Below are positions 19,289 through 28,751 of a stretch of 64,000 nt of DNA, one piece after another. This DNA is from a virus: the IMG/VR virus record IMGVR_UViG_3300050014_000899, one strand, 5' to 3'. A program made the position numbers and the translations under genes. The notes under the pieces were generated by a model. It made no database searches. It was not told the DNA's origin and saw only the letters and a program-made list of their open reading frames with translations. Numbering within the stretch: the stretch's first letter is position 1; the number at the start of each line of letters is the position of its first letter.

Positions 19289-19371
19289 GCCCTCATGATG
19301 GAAATGGGTAGACATACGGGACTCAAAATCCCGTGCTTTTTAGCGTGTGGGCTCGAATCCCACTGAGGGCA
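19289..19371 (+). tRNA. tRNA-Leu(CAA)
   Basis: GCCCTCA/TGAGGGC, loop CTCAAAA. Confidence 0.9.
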
Positions 19372-19377
19372 CAATTT

Positions 19378-19434
19378 TTTAACGATTTTTTAACAAAAAA
19401 CATTTTAGTATTTGGAAAACTTTCTGTATATTTG
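19378..19434 (+). promoter_or_regulatory. promoter: TTTAAC direct repeat plus TATATTTG
   Basis: Repeat 19378-19394, -7 element 19427-19434. Confidence 0.7.
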
Positions 19435-19520
19435 ATCTATTAAAACAAACAAACGTTCTTTAAGAATTCATTTATAGGATAAGCGGATTAGTACGATTAT
19501 TAACCAAAAAATCCTAAAAA

Positions 19521-19736
19521 ATGAAAGCATTCTTATTTTTCGTAACTTCTGATGACACTTGGGAACTTTGCGAATCTATTTATACGGTAACTGCTGAATC
19601 GAAAGAAGAAGCGGAATCGATATTTAAGCTTCGAGAAGGAGGATATTTTTCATCGGAAAAAAGGATCACGAATATCCAGGAAATAGATTTATCTGTAAAA
19701 GGACAAGTCCAAATCCAGGAATATATGATCGAATAG
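19521..19736 (+). CDS. hypothetical protein
   Basis: ORF. Confidence 0.65.
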   Translation: MKAFLFFVTSDDTWELCESIYTVTAESKEEAESIFKLREGGYFSSEKRITNIQEIDLSVKGQVQIQEYMIE

Positions 19737-20033
19737 GTTCTTTGATTAAGCCGTTCGTATTGTAGAGTTGTTTAGGAGCCATGACGGTTACCAGGCTGAT
19801 AACATCTCTTCACTTTATTTTTATGCTGGTGGAAAACTAAGCAGGAGAGTCAACTGAGCTGCGGGATATTAACATACTAGGAAGTAAATCCAGGAGCTCT
19901 TTTAAAATCTAATCTGGGAGGGATGAATGCTTATACCTGATGCAACGACTGGCCGGTCACTGCGTTATAGGTCCAAAAATGGTTCAAGTCCATACGCCGG
20001 TGCTATTATCAAATGTTCTTTGAAAAAATTATA

Positions 20034-20333
20034 ATCCGTAGTAAGTTAAAGAGTTACTTCGACTAACGGCCCAAAGGTAGTACCGACACCGCGAGGTGCC
20101 CACGAATACTCAGAAGGGTATCGTTTCACAGATCTCTCGTAGATGCTGGAGACGGGTAACGATGGAACATATAGAAGTTTTTTGTATAAGTCAGGAGGAC
20201 TAATAATCCGTATACACTGTGAAAATGAAAAACAACAGGCCTGGGTTTAAAACTGATAGCAATATTAGTGTGCCTATAAAGTTCCAAGCGACCGGCCACC
20301 CAAGATAATCACTCTAAACAAGGATTCTCGGAT
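20034..20333 (+). ncRNA. Y-RNA-like element D (about 245 nt structured cargo)
   Basis: ATCCG-TAGTAA...GAGTTACTTCG...ACTCT...TTCT-CGGAT. Confidence 0.7.
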
Positions 20334-20341
20334 AACATTAC

Positions 20342-20416
20342 AATTCGTGGTAAGACAAAGGGTTACTTCGCCATCTATGTATAGCCAAAACACACTCTAG
20401 TCAAATTTCCCGGATT
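20342..20416 (+). ncRNA. Y-RNA-like element E (minimal cargo)
   Basis: G-TGGTAA...TTCC-C compensatory variant; GGTTACTTCG. Confidence 0.7.
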
Positions 20417-20430
20417 CAATTCTAAAAGAA

Positions 20431-20510
20431 ACCCATGGTGAGACAAAGAGTTACTTCGTACAATTCCTAAAAAACTGTAATAAAAGATCATCTCTAGTCA
20501 ATTTCCTGGT
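20431..20510 (+). ncRNA. Y-RNA-like element F (minimal cargo)
   Basis: CCA-TGGTGA...GAGTTACTTCG...CTCTAGTC-AAT-TTCC-TGG. Confidence 0.7.
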
Positions 20511-20533
20511 AATTCTTTTCTTTAAAAAATACG

Positions 20534-20630
20534 CGGTTTCCTGCCTGTTAGTACGCAAGCTTTGGCAGCTCTGATATAATATTAGCTATAAAAATCAGAT
20601 GAGGGGTGTGAATCCCCGGAACCGAGACCA
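20534..20630 (+). ncRNA. tRNA-like element with expanded anticodon loop (copy 1)
   Basis: CGGTTTCC/GGAACCG acceptor, T-arm GGGG-TGTGAAT-CCCC, ends AGACCA. Confidence 0.55.
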
Positions 20631-20633
20631 TAC

Positions 20634-20724
20634 GGCAGCCTCCGATGAGAGAGACATTCGGCCCCAGTTCAATATTGGCCATAAAAACTGGGAGATGGGT
20701 TAAAATCCCAGGGTCGCCAGACCA
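20634..20724 (+). ncRNA. tRNA-like element with expanded anticodon loop (copy 2)
   Basis: GGCAGCCT/GGGTCGCC, T-arm TGGG-TTAAAAT-CCCA, ends AGACCA. Confidence 0.55.
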
Positions 20725-20968
20725 CAAGGAAGATCACGCAGCTTCGTACTGCAAGCCGGAAGTTTACTTCCAGATCTTCCCTCTGAGCACGGTGCCTGTG
20801 TCAAGCACAGGATCTAGTTATAGACAAATAGCCGCTTTTTAGCCTTCTCGATAGTGTGCGTAACAAATCGGGTCCAGCGTGATAAGCTCTACGGACAGGC
20901 TTAAGGTTAGCTTCAATCTTCTAAGATTTGCAGTCATGAGCATAAAAACGGTTCGAAAGGTTTTTGGG

Positions 20969-21002
20969 AGAGGTTCTTAAATAAATTAGGACCTCTTTTT
21001 TT
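20969..21002 (+). terminator. intrinsic terminator ending ncRNA cluster
   Basis: AGAGGTTCT...AGGACCTCTTTTTTT. Confidence 0.7.
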
Positions 21003-21149
21003 GTGGTCCACAACAAAGAGCATTAAAAATGCTCTGTCGTTATAGGTGATTTCTAAACAAATTTATTTTATTGCTGAGGTAGATGCGATGCATATCGAAG
21101 GCCCTACTTTGGATGAGTATTTTGATGGTTTACAAAAACATTTATCAGA

Positions 21150-21335
21150 ATGGCAAAGGAATATCGGGAACAATCCTCGGAAGTAAAGAAGGTCATTTAT
21201 GACTTAGCCTGCGAGTTTGGTTTTGAACATTATTCAACCCCAGAAGAGATCGATTATAAGTTCTGGGAAGACATTCCAGCCGAGTGGATTGCCATTGCAC
21301 TTGCTCAAAAACTCGTCGCTAAGTCCAGTTCTTAA
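21150..21335 (+). CDS. hypothetical protein
   Basis: ORF. Confidence 0.55.
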   Translation: MAKEYREQSSEVKKVIYDLACEFGFEHYSTPEEIDYKFWEDIPAEWIAIALAQKLVAKSSS

Positions 21336-21362
21336 GATTTTTTGGATTTATATATACTTAAA

Positions 21363-21419
21363 TTTAACAATATTTTAACAAAAGCATAAGATTTTCTACA
21401 GAACTTTATCGTATATTTG
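21363..21419 (+). promoter_or_regulatory. promoter: TTTAAC direct repeat plus TATATTTG
   Basis: Repeat 21363-21379, -7 element 21412-21419. Confidence 0.7.
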
Positions 21420-21449
21420 CTCTATAGAAATCAAACAAACATTTTAAAG

Positions 21450-21519
21450 ATTTCGTTGTAGTAAGAGAAGGGTTACTTCGTTTCAGAAAAAACACTCTTT
21501 TCAAGTTTCTCAGCTAAAT
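21450..21519 (+). ncRNA. Y-RNA-like element G (minimal), upstream of the Ro60 gene
   Basis: GTTG-TAGTAA-GAGAAGGGTTACTTCG...ACTCTTTTC-AAGT-TTCT-CAGC. Confidence 0.72.
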
Positions 21520-21551
21520 TTGCATTTATTTTTTATACTATTTAAATATGC

Positions 21552-21587
21552 AAAAACCCGAGAGACTTATGTCGCCCGGGTTTTTTT
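21552..21587 (+). terminator. intrinsic terminator
   Basis: AAAAACCCG...CGGGTTTTTTT. Confidence 0.6.
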
Positions 21588-21614
21588 ATGAATTTAATTT
21601 TAAAACTAAATAAG

Positions 21615-21839
21615 ATGGCTAAAGCAACTGAAAAAACAACAACTGATGAACTCGTTTACAGTCCAGTTGAAGACAATGGTAAGAATATTGCCAACAGTCC
21701 TATTTGGAAGAACGCATGGCACAGGGATGAAATAACTCCCGAAGCTCTTAATAAATTTCATAATTGGTGGGAATATGCCATTAGATTCGACGGGTTAAAG
21801 CCACAACAGCTTTTAAAAGTTAAAAAGGTTCTTTTATAA
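21615..21839 (+). CDS. hypothetical protein
   Basis: ORF 21588-21839; likely start MAKAT. Confidence 0.65.
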   Translation: MAKATEKTTTDELVYSPVEDNGKNIANSPIWKNAWHRDEITPEALNKFHNWWEYAIRFDGLKPQQLLKVKKVLL

Positions 21840-21840
21840 T

Positions 21841-22458
21841 ATGTTTAATGTTTATCTAACAACAAATTTGATTACGGGGAACCAATACGTCGGTGACCAT
21901 GATATAAATGCAAAAGAAAAAACTTTTTACATTGGAAGTGGAATAGCTTTAGAGGATGCAATTAAAAAATATGGTCGACATAATTTTTTCAAAGAAATTT
22001 TAGAATGGTTTCCAACAAGAGAGAAAGCTTTTAATGCTCAGGAAAAATACATACGACTTTATAAAACACATGTTTCGCAAGGAGGATATAATATAAGTTG
22101 GAAAGGCGGATTAAATGTCCAAGGATGCATGTGTGATGAGATTCGAGACAAAATTAGCAAAAGTAATCAAATAGCTTGTTCCGGAGAAAAAAATGGAATG
22201 TTTGGTAAACATCATTCCGAAGAAACCAAATTGCAGCTTCAGGTTCCGAAATCAGAAGAGACAAAGAATAAAATAGGAACTGCAAATAAAGGTAAAAAAT
22301 CATGGGAAGGAAAACACCATACATCATTATCAATATTGAAAATGCAAGCTTCTCATCAAAATATGTCCGATAAGACAAAAGAAAAAATGAGTAAATCGCG
22401 TAAAGGAAAAGAACCCTGGAATAAGGGATTAAAAATAAATTCTTTAATTAAAAATTAA
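21841..22458 (+). CDS. GIY-YIG homing endonuclease with NUMOD3 repeats
   Basis: VYLTT...YVGDH...YIGSG; GKHHSEETK. Confidence 0.88.
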   Translation: MFNVYLTTNLITGNQYVGDHDINAKEKTFYIGSGIALEDAIKKYGRHNFFKEILEWFPTREKAFNAQEKYIRLYKTHVSQGGYNISWKGGLNVQGCMCDEIRDKISKSNQIACSGEKNGMFGKHHSEETKLQLQVPKSEETKNKIGTANKGKKSWEGKHHTSLSILKMQASHQNMSDKTKEKMSKSRKGKEPWNKGLKINSLIKN

Positions 22459-22465
22459 TAGTAAG

Positions 22466-24169
22466 ATGTCAAAGTACAACACAAAAATTGAGCCGGTAGT
22501 TCAGAAGACTACTACTCTACAGGGAGGCCCAGGGCTTACTCAGAGACCTGAGGCAGAATTAATTTCTATTCTTGCAACCGGAATGGGAAATAACTTTTAC
22601 GAAAAGGAAACCGAACGTGAAAAGCGTTTTAAGGAAGTACTTGGTAAGGTAGCTAAGAAGAACCCGACATTTGCCGCAAAGGCTCTTATTTATGCTCGTA
22701 CCGTATTTGGTCAGAGATCAGTAACTCACTTCGGTGCAGTTGAACTTATCCCTTTCCTTCAGGGTAACGAACTTGGTAAGAGATTCTTCTCCAAGAGAGA
22801 TAAGAAGGCCGAACGTGGTGGAATCATATGGAGAATTGATGACATGGCTGAAATTCTTGCAGCTTATATCGCTAAGAATGGCATCAAGCAGGAAGATAAG
22901 TGGACTCTTCCGAATTCAATTAAGAAGGGATTCAAGGATGCTCTCGAGCATGCAGACACTTATGAACTTGCAAAGTATCAGTTAAAGAACCGTGGTGTAT
23001 CACTTGTTGACATCGTCAACCTTGTTCACCCAGTTGAAACTCCTAAGAACGGTTTCATCTATGTAACTGAGGAAGCATACAAGAAGGCAGTTGCAGGAAC
23101 TAAGTTTGCAAACAAGGAATTTAACAAGAATGAAAAGGGAGAAGTTCAGGTTCCGGCCGTTCGTGCTCTTATTCTTGGAATTCTTAAGCAGTTCAACACA
23201 GTTGAAGATAAGAACACCGAGTCAGGAAAGGTTGTTGCAGAAAAGGTTAAGTCAGGTGAAATCACCAAGGAACAGGCTGCAACTGAGCTTAACGAAGCTA
23301 AGACCGAAAACTACAAGGAACTTATCGAGGAAAAGAAGATTGGATACCTTGCATTACTCCGTAACGTAAGGAACATTCTTAAGACAAATGATATGGATTT
23401 ACTTGACAAGGCTTGCGATTTACTTGTCGAAAAGGAATTCATCAGAAAGTCACTTGTATGGCCACACCAGATTGACCTTGCCCTTGAAGTTATGACACTT
23501 GAATTCAACGGAACACAGTTGAGGAAGGTTGCAACAGCACTCGACAAGGCATATGAACTTTCAATTCCTAACTTGGAGCATTTACTTCCGGAAGGAAGAA
23601 CTGCTATCGTATTCGATACATCAGGTTCGATGGATGGTGCAAACCGTATTCCAATTGATGCTAAGGATCCGAAGAAGACTATCAACAAGAAGCCAGCTGA
23701 AAAGGCTGCTCTTATTGCCGCTACACTTGCAAAGGGTGTTGGCGGAGATGTATATCATTTCGCATCAGGTTCTGAACAGATCACCGGCTGGAACCCAATC
23801 GATTCGATTAATACTCTTAAGCAGAAGTTCATGTCCTACAACGGACGTCAGGGTCACGGAACCGACTTCGGTGCATGCTTCAAGTTATTCGAAAGAATGA
23901 ATAAGCAGTATGACAGGGTTCTTATTATCTCCGATGAGCAGGACGGATACGGAAACGTTGAGTCTAACTACAAGGGATACTGCCAGAAGTTCGGAACCCC
24001 ATACGTATACATAATCAACGTAGTTGGTTATGCCCCAACCGCTCCGATAAAGAACGGCGACAGGGTCTTCAGACTATACGGTTACACGGCCGATATATAT
24101 GAAAAGATACCGAGATTGGAAATGAATGTTAATGAGGTCATCGACGCCATTAACAGGATCGAAATCTAA
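22466..24169 (+). CDS. rsr: Ro60 / TROVE-domain ribonucleoprotein with vWA domain (Rsr-like)
   Basis: YARTVFGQRS, YELAKYQ...VSLVDIVNLVHP, GYLALLRNVRN; vWA MIDAS DTSGSM, GTD, IISDEQ. Confidence 0.9.
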   Translation: MSKYNTKIEPVVQKTTTLQGGPGLTQRPEAELISILATGMGNNFYEKETEREKRFKEVLGKVAKKNPTFAAKALIYARTVFGQRSVTHFGAVELIPFLQGNELGKRFFSKRDKKAERGGIIWRIDDMAEILAAYIAKNGIKQEDKWTLPNSIKKGFKDALEHADTYELAKYQLKNRGVSLVDIVNLVHPVETPKNGFIYVTEEAYKKAVAGTKFANKEFNKNEKGEVQVPAVRALILGILKQFNTVEDKNTESGKVVAEKVKSGEITKEQAATELNEAKTENYKELIEEKKIGYLALLRNVRNILKTNDMDLLDKACDLLVEKEFIRKSLVWPHQIDLALEVMTLEFNGTQLRKVATALDKAYELSIPNLEHLLPEGRTAIVFDTSGSMDGANRIPIDAKDPKKTINKKPAEKAALIAATLAKGVGGDVYHFASGSEQITGWNPIDSINTLKQKFMSYNGRQGHGTDFGACFKLFERMNKQYDRVLIISDEQDGYGNVESNYKGYCQKFGTPYVYIINVVGYAPTAPIKNGDRVFRLYGYTADIYEKIPRLEMNVNEVIDAINRIEI

Positions 24170-24181
24170 GACTGAATAATG

Positions 24182-24207
24182 AGTCCCGGAACGTTTCCGG
24201 GACTTTT
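24182..24207 (+). terminator. intrinsic terminator
   Basis: AGTCCCGGAA-CGT-TTCCGGGACTTTT. Confidence 0.75.
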
Positions 24208-24236
24208 ATTATAATTAAATTAAATAAATCAATTAA

Positions 24237-24431
24237 ATGAAAGAAGGAACAGTAAAATTCTTCAATGAAACCAAAGGTTTTGGATTCATTAGAGACAATG
24301 CCGACGGAAAAGAGTACTTTGTACATATTTCTGGAGTGAAGGAAACGACACTAAACGAAAATGACGAAGTTCAGTTTGATCTAGTCGAAGGAAAAAAAGG
24401 TTTAAATGCAGTTAATGTAACGTTACTATAA
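24237..24431 (+). CDS. csp: cold shock protein (CspA family)
   Basis: GTVKFFNETKGFGFI (RNP1), YFVHIS (RNP2), KKGLNAVNV. Confidence 0.95.
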   Translation: MKEGTVKFFNETKGFGFIRDNADGKEYFVHISGVKETTLNENDEVQFDLVEGKKGLNAVNVTLL

Positions 24432-24439
24432 GCATCTTT

Positions 24440-24496
24440 TTTAACCAGAATTTAACGCCCGGAAGTTTTTACTTTCGGGCTTTTTTTGTATATTTG
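24440..24496 (+). promoter_or_regulatory. promoter (TTTAAC repeat plus TATATTTG) overlapping terminator 24457-24487
   Basis: Repeat 24440-24456, -7 element 24489-24496; GCCCGGAAG/CTTTCGGGC hairpin plus T-tract. Confidence 0.7.
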
Positions 24497-24519
24497 TCTT
24501 TCACAAAGTACAAAATCTA

Positions 24520-24744
24520 ATGAACTCAACAGAAAGAATTATCATAAAAAGAGTAATTGGCAACTTAATAGGTTCCACAAATACCCCCTGGTCAAATGGG
24601 GATTTTGCTCAATGGACTAAATATGCCAAAGATGAAAAAGCAATGATTCTATCTTCGGTTTCAATACTGGAAGGACTCTGCGATGCACCGGATATGGTTG
24701 AAGAAAAGAAAAATACTAAAAAAGAAGAGGATCTTCTAGGATAA
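24520..24744 (+). CDS. hypothetical protein
   Basis: ORF. Confidence 0.65.
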   Translation: MNSTERIIIKRVIGNLIGSTNTPWSNGDFAQWTKYAKDEKAMILSSVSILEGLCDAPDMVEEKKNTKKEEDLLG

Positions 24745-24932
24745 TGACAGAATTTGACGAAGCATATACAAATGCAATTAAAAAACTGACTAAGATACCA
24801 GATCAGGGATATGGAGGGATAGCTTACTTAGCTTGTTTTGCCGATGGACATTGCGAGATTAATCTCGAAGATCGAGTTATTGAAGACTTTGATGATATTG
24901 AAGAATTTATCACTTATATGGAAAGATTATGA
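24744..24932 (+). CDS. hypothetical protein
   Basis: ORF, coupled. Confidence 0.6.
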   Translation: MTEFDEAYTNAIKKLTKIPDQGYGGIAYLACFADGHCEINLEDRVIEDFDDIEEFITYMERL

Positions 24933-25174
24933 CAACACAAGAAGATGTTAGAAAATGGATCCAAGAGGCTAAGGAAAGAAAAGCCAAATTTATGATCGTT
25001 GTAGTTGATTCATTTGACTACGAAGATTATCCTGTATTCTGCTTGACAGAAGAGGAATGTAACGAAAAATATCACAATCCAGGTCAGATGCAAAGGGTGA
25101 TGGAAATTTATGATCTTAGTTTGGATACGGAAGATCAGATAAACGAAGTTAGAGCATTCCATCCTCCAAAATGA
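24929..25174 (+). CDS. hypothetical protein
   Basis: ORF, coupled. Confidence 0.65.
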   Translation: MTTQEDVRKWIQEAKERKAKFMIVVVDSFDYEDYPVFCLTEEECNEKYHNPGQMQRVMEIYDLSLDTEDQINEVRAFHPPK

Positions 25175-25506
25175 ATCTGCACGTAGAACCAATGAAAGAA
25201 CCCATGATGTGGGCAGAGAACAGAACCATCATTAAATTAAATGGGTATGCTTTCGTAGATGAGTTTGGTTCTTGTCATATCATCGTATATGGAGAAGGAC
25301 TAAGAGATGCTTATTTAAAATACTTAAAAGAAATAAATGAAAACTAAAATTTTTTACACTTCCGATGAAACCGGAACCCGTATGGAAACCCAAATGAATG
25401 AGTGGTTTGCCGAAAATCCAAACATTAATATCGAAAAATTTGAACCTCTTACAAACAAATATTGTTTCTGGATTGTTATTGTCTATACTGAAAAACCGCT
25501 GGTGTA

Positions 25507-26028
25507 ATGGCAGAATTGAAAGATTGGGAAAAAGCCAGGGAGTTTGCTTTAAAAGCTCATGCCGATGTTAATCAGATGTATCGGGATAAGCCTTACAGCT
25601 TTCACCTTGAACAGTGTGATATGTTATTTGAAAGATTCAAACATTTGCTTCCTCCCGAAGATGTAGATGATGCTCATGGAGGAATGTGGTGTCACGATAC
25701 AATAGAGGACACAGGAAAAACTTTCAATGATGTTAAGAAAGCTACAAACGAAACTATCGCTGAGTATGCTTATCGTCTTACCAATGAAAAGGGAAGAAAC
25801 CGTCACGAAAGAGCTAATGAAAAATATTACCGGGAGATTAAGGAGTACAAACATGCTGCTTTCGATAAATTAATTGATCGGATAGCTAACATTACTTTCT
25901 CCAAAATTAATGGGGATTCCATGTTTAAGACTTATCAAAAAGAACATCTCTTCATGGTTCAACACATGTACACGGAAGGAAAATATGAGGAACTTTGGAA
26001 TGCATTATCTAACTTAATCTATTCATAA
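25507..26028 (+). CDS. HD-domain phosphohydrolase (SpoT/Mesh1-like)
   Basis: FALKAH...PYSFHL...HDTIEDT...KLIDRIAN. Confidence 0.85.
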   Translation: MAELKDWEKAREFALKAHADVNQMYRDKPYSFHLEQCDMLFERFKHLLPPEDVDDAHGGMWCHDTIEDTGKTFNDVKKATNETIAEYAYRLTNEKGRNRHERANEKYYREIKEYKHAAFDKLIDRIANITFSKINGDSMFKTYQKEHLFMVQHMYTEGKYEELWNALSNLIYS

Positions 26029-26237
26029 TGTACGAATACAAAATGATTGTTTTAGCTGCCGATGGCCATTGTTTCCTTGATGCTAAAATAGCCGAACTTC
26101 AGACCCATTTTGATCAAGGATGGGACTATGTTGACAAACTTTTTCAGCCGGTTTCAACCGGAGGAGGGAGCTATCATGAAACTGAAAGATCAGAAGTGAT
26201 TGTAATTATCAAACGTAAAAAATCCGATTTAATCTAA
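26028..26237 (+). CDS. small hypothetical protein (paralogue of next gene)
   Basis: YEYK...LQ..FD.GW.YVD...VIIK...DLI. Confidence 0.65.
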   Translation: MYEYKMIVLAADGHCFLDAKIAELQTHFDQGWDYVDKLFQPVSTGGGSYHETERSEVIVIIKRKKSDLI

Positions 26238-26428
26238 TGGACTACGAATTTAAAGTTATAAAAATGTGTGGTGCTGGAAATAAAGCTGATTCCGCATCGT
26301 TGGATTCTCTTCAAAAATGGTTTGACGAAGGATGGGAATATGTTGACCATATTAGTCAAAGAGGTGTCGAATATCCTGCCATGGGAGTAATTATCAAAAA
26401 ACTTAAACCTAATAAAGACTTAATTTAA
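26237..26428 (+). CDS. small hypothetical protein (paralogue of previous gene)
   Basis: Same motif as 26028. Confidence 0.65.
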   Translation: MDYEFKVIKMCGAGNKADSASLDSLQKWFDEGWEYVDHISQRGVEYPAMGVIIKKLKPNKDLI

Positions 26429-27165
26429 TGGAAGAATTAAAAGTGGATGTAGGGGATTGGGTAGTACTTAAAACGGGTCGAATTGCCGGAAGTATTGTTC
26501 AAATTACATCCGATGATATGCCAGATGTTCCTTATGAAAATATTGAACGTCATGCTACTAAAGAAGAAATTCTTAGAGCTGGAGGAACTCCAAAAGATCT
26601 TGAAAAAAAGATTTATGTTTTTGTTCCTTACAATATTTCGGATAAGCAAAAAGGAATTCAGGCTCTTCACGGCGCTCAAAAATACGATAGAAAATATGAG
26701 GGATCCACGATGCTTCATGATTTCATCGATAATCACATGACGTGCATCATGCTTGATGGGGGAACAACTAATTCACATCCCGAAAGATTAGGAACTCTTA
26801 ATTTAATTCTTTTGGCAATTGTTGAATTTAATAATGGTTCAGAAAAAGAATATATTCCATATTCATTTTTTGAAGAACCGGATATTAATGATGCTCTTAC
26901 TGCCGTAGCTTTTATAGCTGACGAAAGAGTATTTGATTTTAAAACATATCCTGAATTCTACGATTGGTATTCTGAGCTGACTTCAAAGCTGACTTCAAAT
27001 TCGCCAACTACTCTTCCTATAAATCCTTGGGCTCTTCGAAGAATGTCGCCCGAGGAACAGAAAGAATTACTCCCGGATTATTATAAAAAATGGGTCAATG
27101 AAGTTCTTGGAGGAGATCATATTGAATTATTAAGAAATTTAATCAGAGGTAAAAAATTAGCATAA
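26428..27165 (+). CDS. putative peptidyl-tRNA hydrolase PTH2-like protein
   Basis: YVFV..NIS..QKGIQALH...F.EPDINDALTAVAF pattern. Confidence 0.5.
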   Translation: MEELKVDVGDWVVLKTGRIAGSIVQITSDDMPDVPYENIERHATKEEILRAGGTPKDLEKKIYVFVPYNISDKQKGIQALHGAQKYDRKYEGSTMLHDFIDNHMTCIMLDGGTTNSHPERLGTLNLILLAIVEFNNGSEKEYIPYSFFEEPDINDALTAVAFIADERVFDFKTYPEFYDWYSELTSKLTSNSPTTLPINPWALRRMSPEEQKELLPDYYKKWVNEVLGGDHIELLRNLIRGKKLA

Positions 27166-27695
27166 TGGAAACACTATTAGGAATTACTTTATTTGGAAGT
27201 ATATTTTGGGGAATAGCTGCTTTAGTTCTCCTTATTATTTTATTCTTTTATGCGGATGCTATAAAAGAAGGATTTGCCGCAACATTTGTTTTTATTGTTG
27301 TAGGACTGCTATTTTATTTTTGGGGAAAGGATACATTCAAACTTTTCGTTTCTCTTCTTACATTTACAAATCTGGGTATTTACTTTGGAGCAGGATTACT
27401 CCATGCATTTATTAGAATCTTTTTTCACGGGAGAAAGGAAATGATGAAAGTTAATGAACATAGATTAAGAGAAGACGATTATTATGAACCTTCTATTGAT
27501 CGAGATGTAAAAGAAAATGTATTCAGATGGTGGTTCCTATGGCCGATCTCTCTTATTAATTGGTTTATTTCAGACTTAGTTAGGGATCTTTACAATTGGT
27601 GCTACGACAAGTTAAGCCGTCTATTTAATTTCGTTCTAGATCTCGGAGTTAAATCAGTTAAAGAAGTTCCTAAAAAAGAAAAGAAGAACAGATGA
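27165..27695 (+). CDS. membrane protein
   Basis: Several hydrophobic helices. Confidence 0.75.
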   Translation: METLLGITLFGSIFWGIAALVLLIILFFYADAIKEGFAATFVFIVVGLLFYFWGKDTFKLFVSLLTFTNLGIYFGAGLLHAFIRIFFHGRKEMMKVNEHRLREDDYYEPSIDRDVKENVFRWWFLWPISLINWFISDLVRDLYNWCYDKLSRLFNFVLDLGVKSVKEVPKKEKKNR

Positions 27696-28048
27696 TAGCA
27701 TATAGAATTTGTGAGAGAAGAGGGGAGAAGTTGCTAACATTGTTTCATGCTTTAAACGGTTCAAGAGTTCTCCCGATTGGCATATGGTTAAAAGCTACAA
27801 TCAAACCTGTTTACGATGGTTCCCATAAAACTGCTAAGGAGTATTTGTCTGGGTTTCATGTATTAGCTGACCTTAATGAATGTCGTGCTTTTACAAGTAA
27901 ATTTAGAGCTAACAGGGATCTCGTTATTGTTAAATGCGATATTAAGGGAAATAGAACTAAAGATCACAGTCCGTCAAATATCATATTGGCTGATGAAATG
28001 AAGTTAATTGAAGTTGTGGAAAAAGTTAAAATTAAAAATCATGACTAA
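27692..28048 (+). CDS. hypothetical protein
   Basis: ORF. Confidence 0.7.
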   Translation: MIAYRICERRGEKLLTLFHALNGSRVLPIGIWLKATIKPVYDGSHKTAKEYLSGFHVLADLNECRAFTSKFRANRDLVIVKCDIKGNRTKDHSPSNIILADEMKLIEVVEKVKIKNHD

Positions 28049-28751
28049 AGAAGAAGCTGTTCGTATATTTAAAAAGTATGCTTCCAAACATTATAACTAT
28101 TATAGTGCCGGTAGGGATATTTTTGAAGCTGCTTGGTATTCTCAATTTTGGAATGGCAAAGGAAATCCAGGAAGTCATACAAAAAGGGATTGGATGACTG
28201 ATGAAATCATTGAAGCTTTCAATTGGTATCTTGATGGTGTTGGGAGAGATAACGGATGGGGTAAGGATAGGGATACTAAAATGATACCCGTAAAAGAAAT
28301 GGATGCTATCGAAAGAGAAATCAATGAATATTGTCGAGAGAGGGAACATAAAAAATGGGAAACTGACAGAAAATCTCGAGAAAAAAGAGAAGCTAAAATT
28401 CAAGCTCAGGGTAAAGCATTTCAAGAAGAAATGAAAGTTGGCGATGTTTGGATGGTTAAATTCGATGATTACTGGAGAGAAAGAGGAATATTAGTTATGG
28501 AAATCGATCCGGGATCTATTTCAGGATTCTATCTGGATAATGTTTATAAAAGAATTCCAGCTGATTCTCCAAAAAAAGAAGGATACCTTTATACTAAGCC
28601 AAGTAAATATCAGGGGGTTAAAGTTGGAGATGTCTGGATTGATGGTATGGGAGAATGGGACGGAAAAACATTCAAAAGAACTAGATCTTATGAAACCAAG
28701 ATGGCCAAATTCCTTAAAAGAAAAATTGAAAACCCCGTAATTAAGAAATAA
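28041..28751 (+). CDS. hypothetical protein
   Basis: ORF 28008-28751; likely start MTKEE. Confidence 0.75.
   Translation: MTKEEAVRIFKKYASKHYNYYSAGRDIFEAAWYSQFWNGKGNPGSHTKRDWMTDEIIEAFNWYLDGVGRDNGWGKDRDTKMIPVKEMDAIEREINEYCREREHKKWETDRKSREKREAKIQAQGKAFQEEMKVGDVWMVKFDDYWRERGILVMEIDPGSISGFYLDNVYKRIPADSPKKEGYLYTKPSKYQGVKVGDVWIDGMGEWDGKTFKRTRSYETKMAKFLKRKIENPVIKK

Noticed and set aside
19951-20003. tRNA gene
   Set aside because: Only a T-arm-like hairpin is present.
20034-21519. CRISPR array formed by the GTAGTAAG...GTTACTTCG repeats
   Set aside because: Copies are dispersed, irregularly spaced, bipartite and pair across the insert; no cas genes. They fit structured RNAs better.
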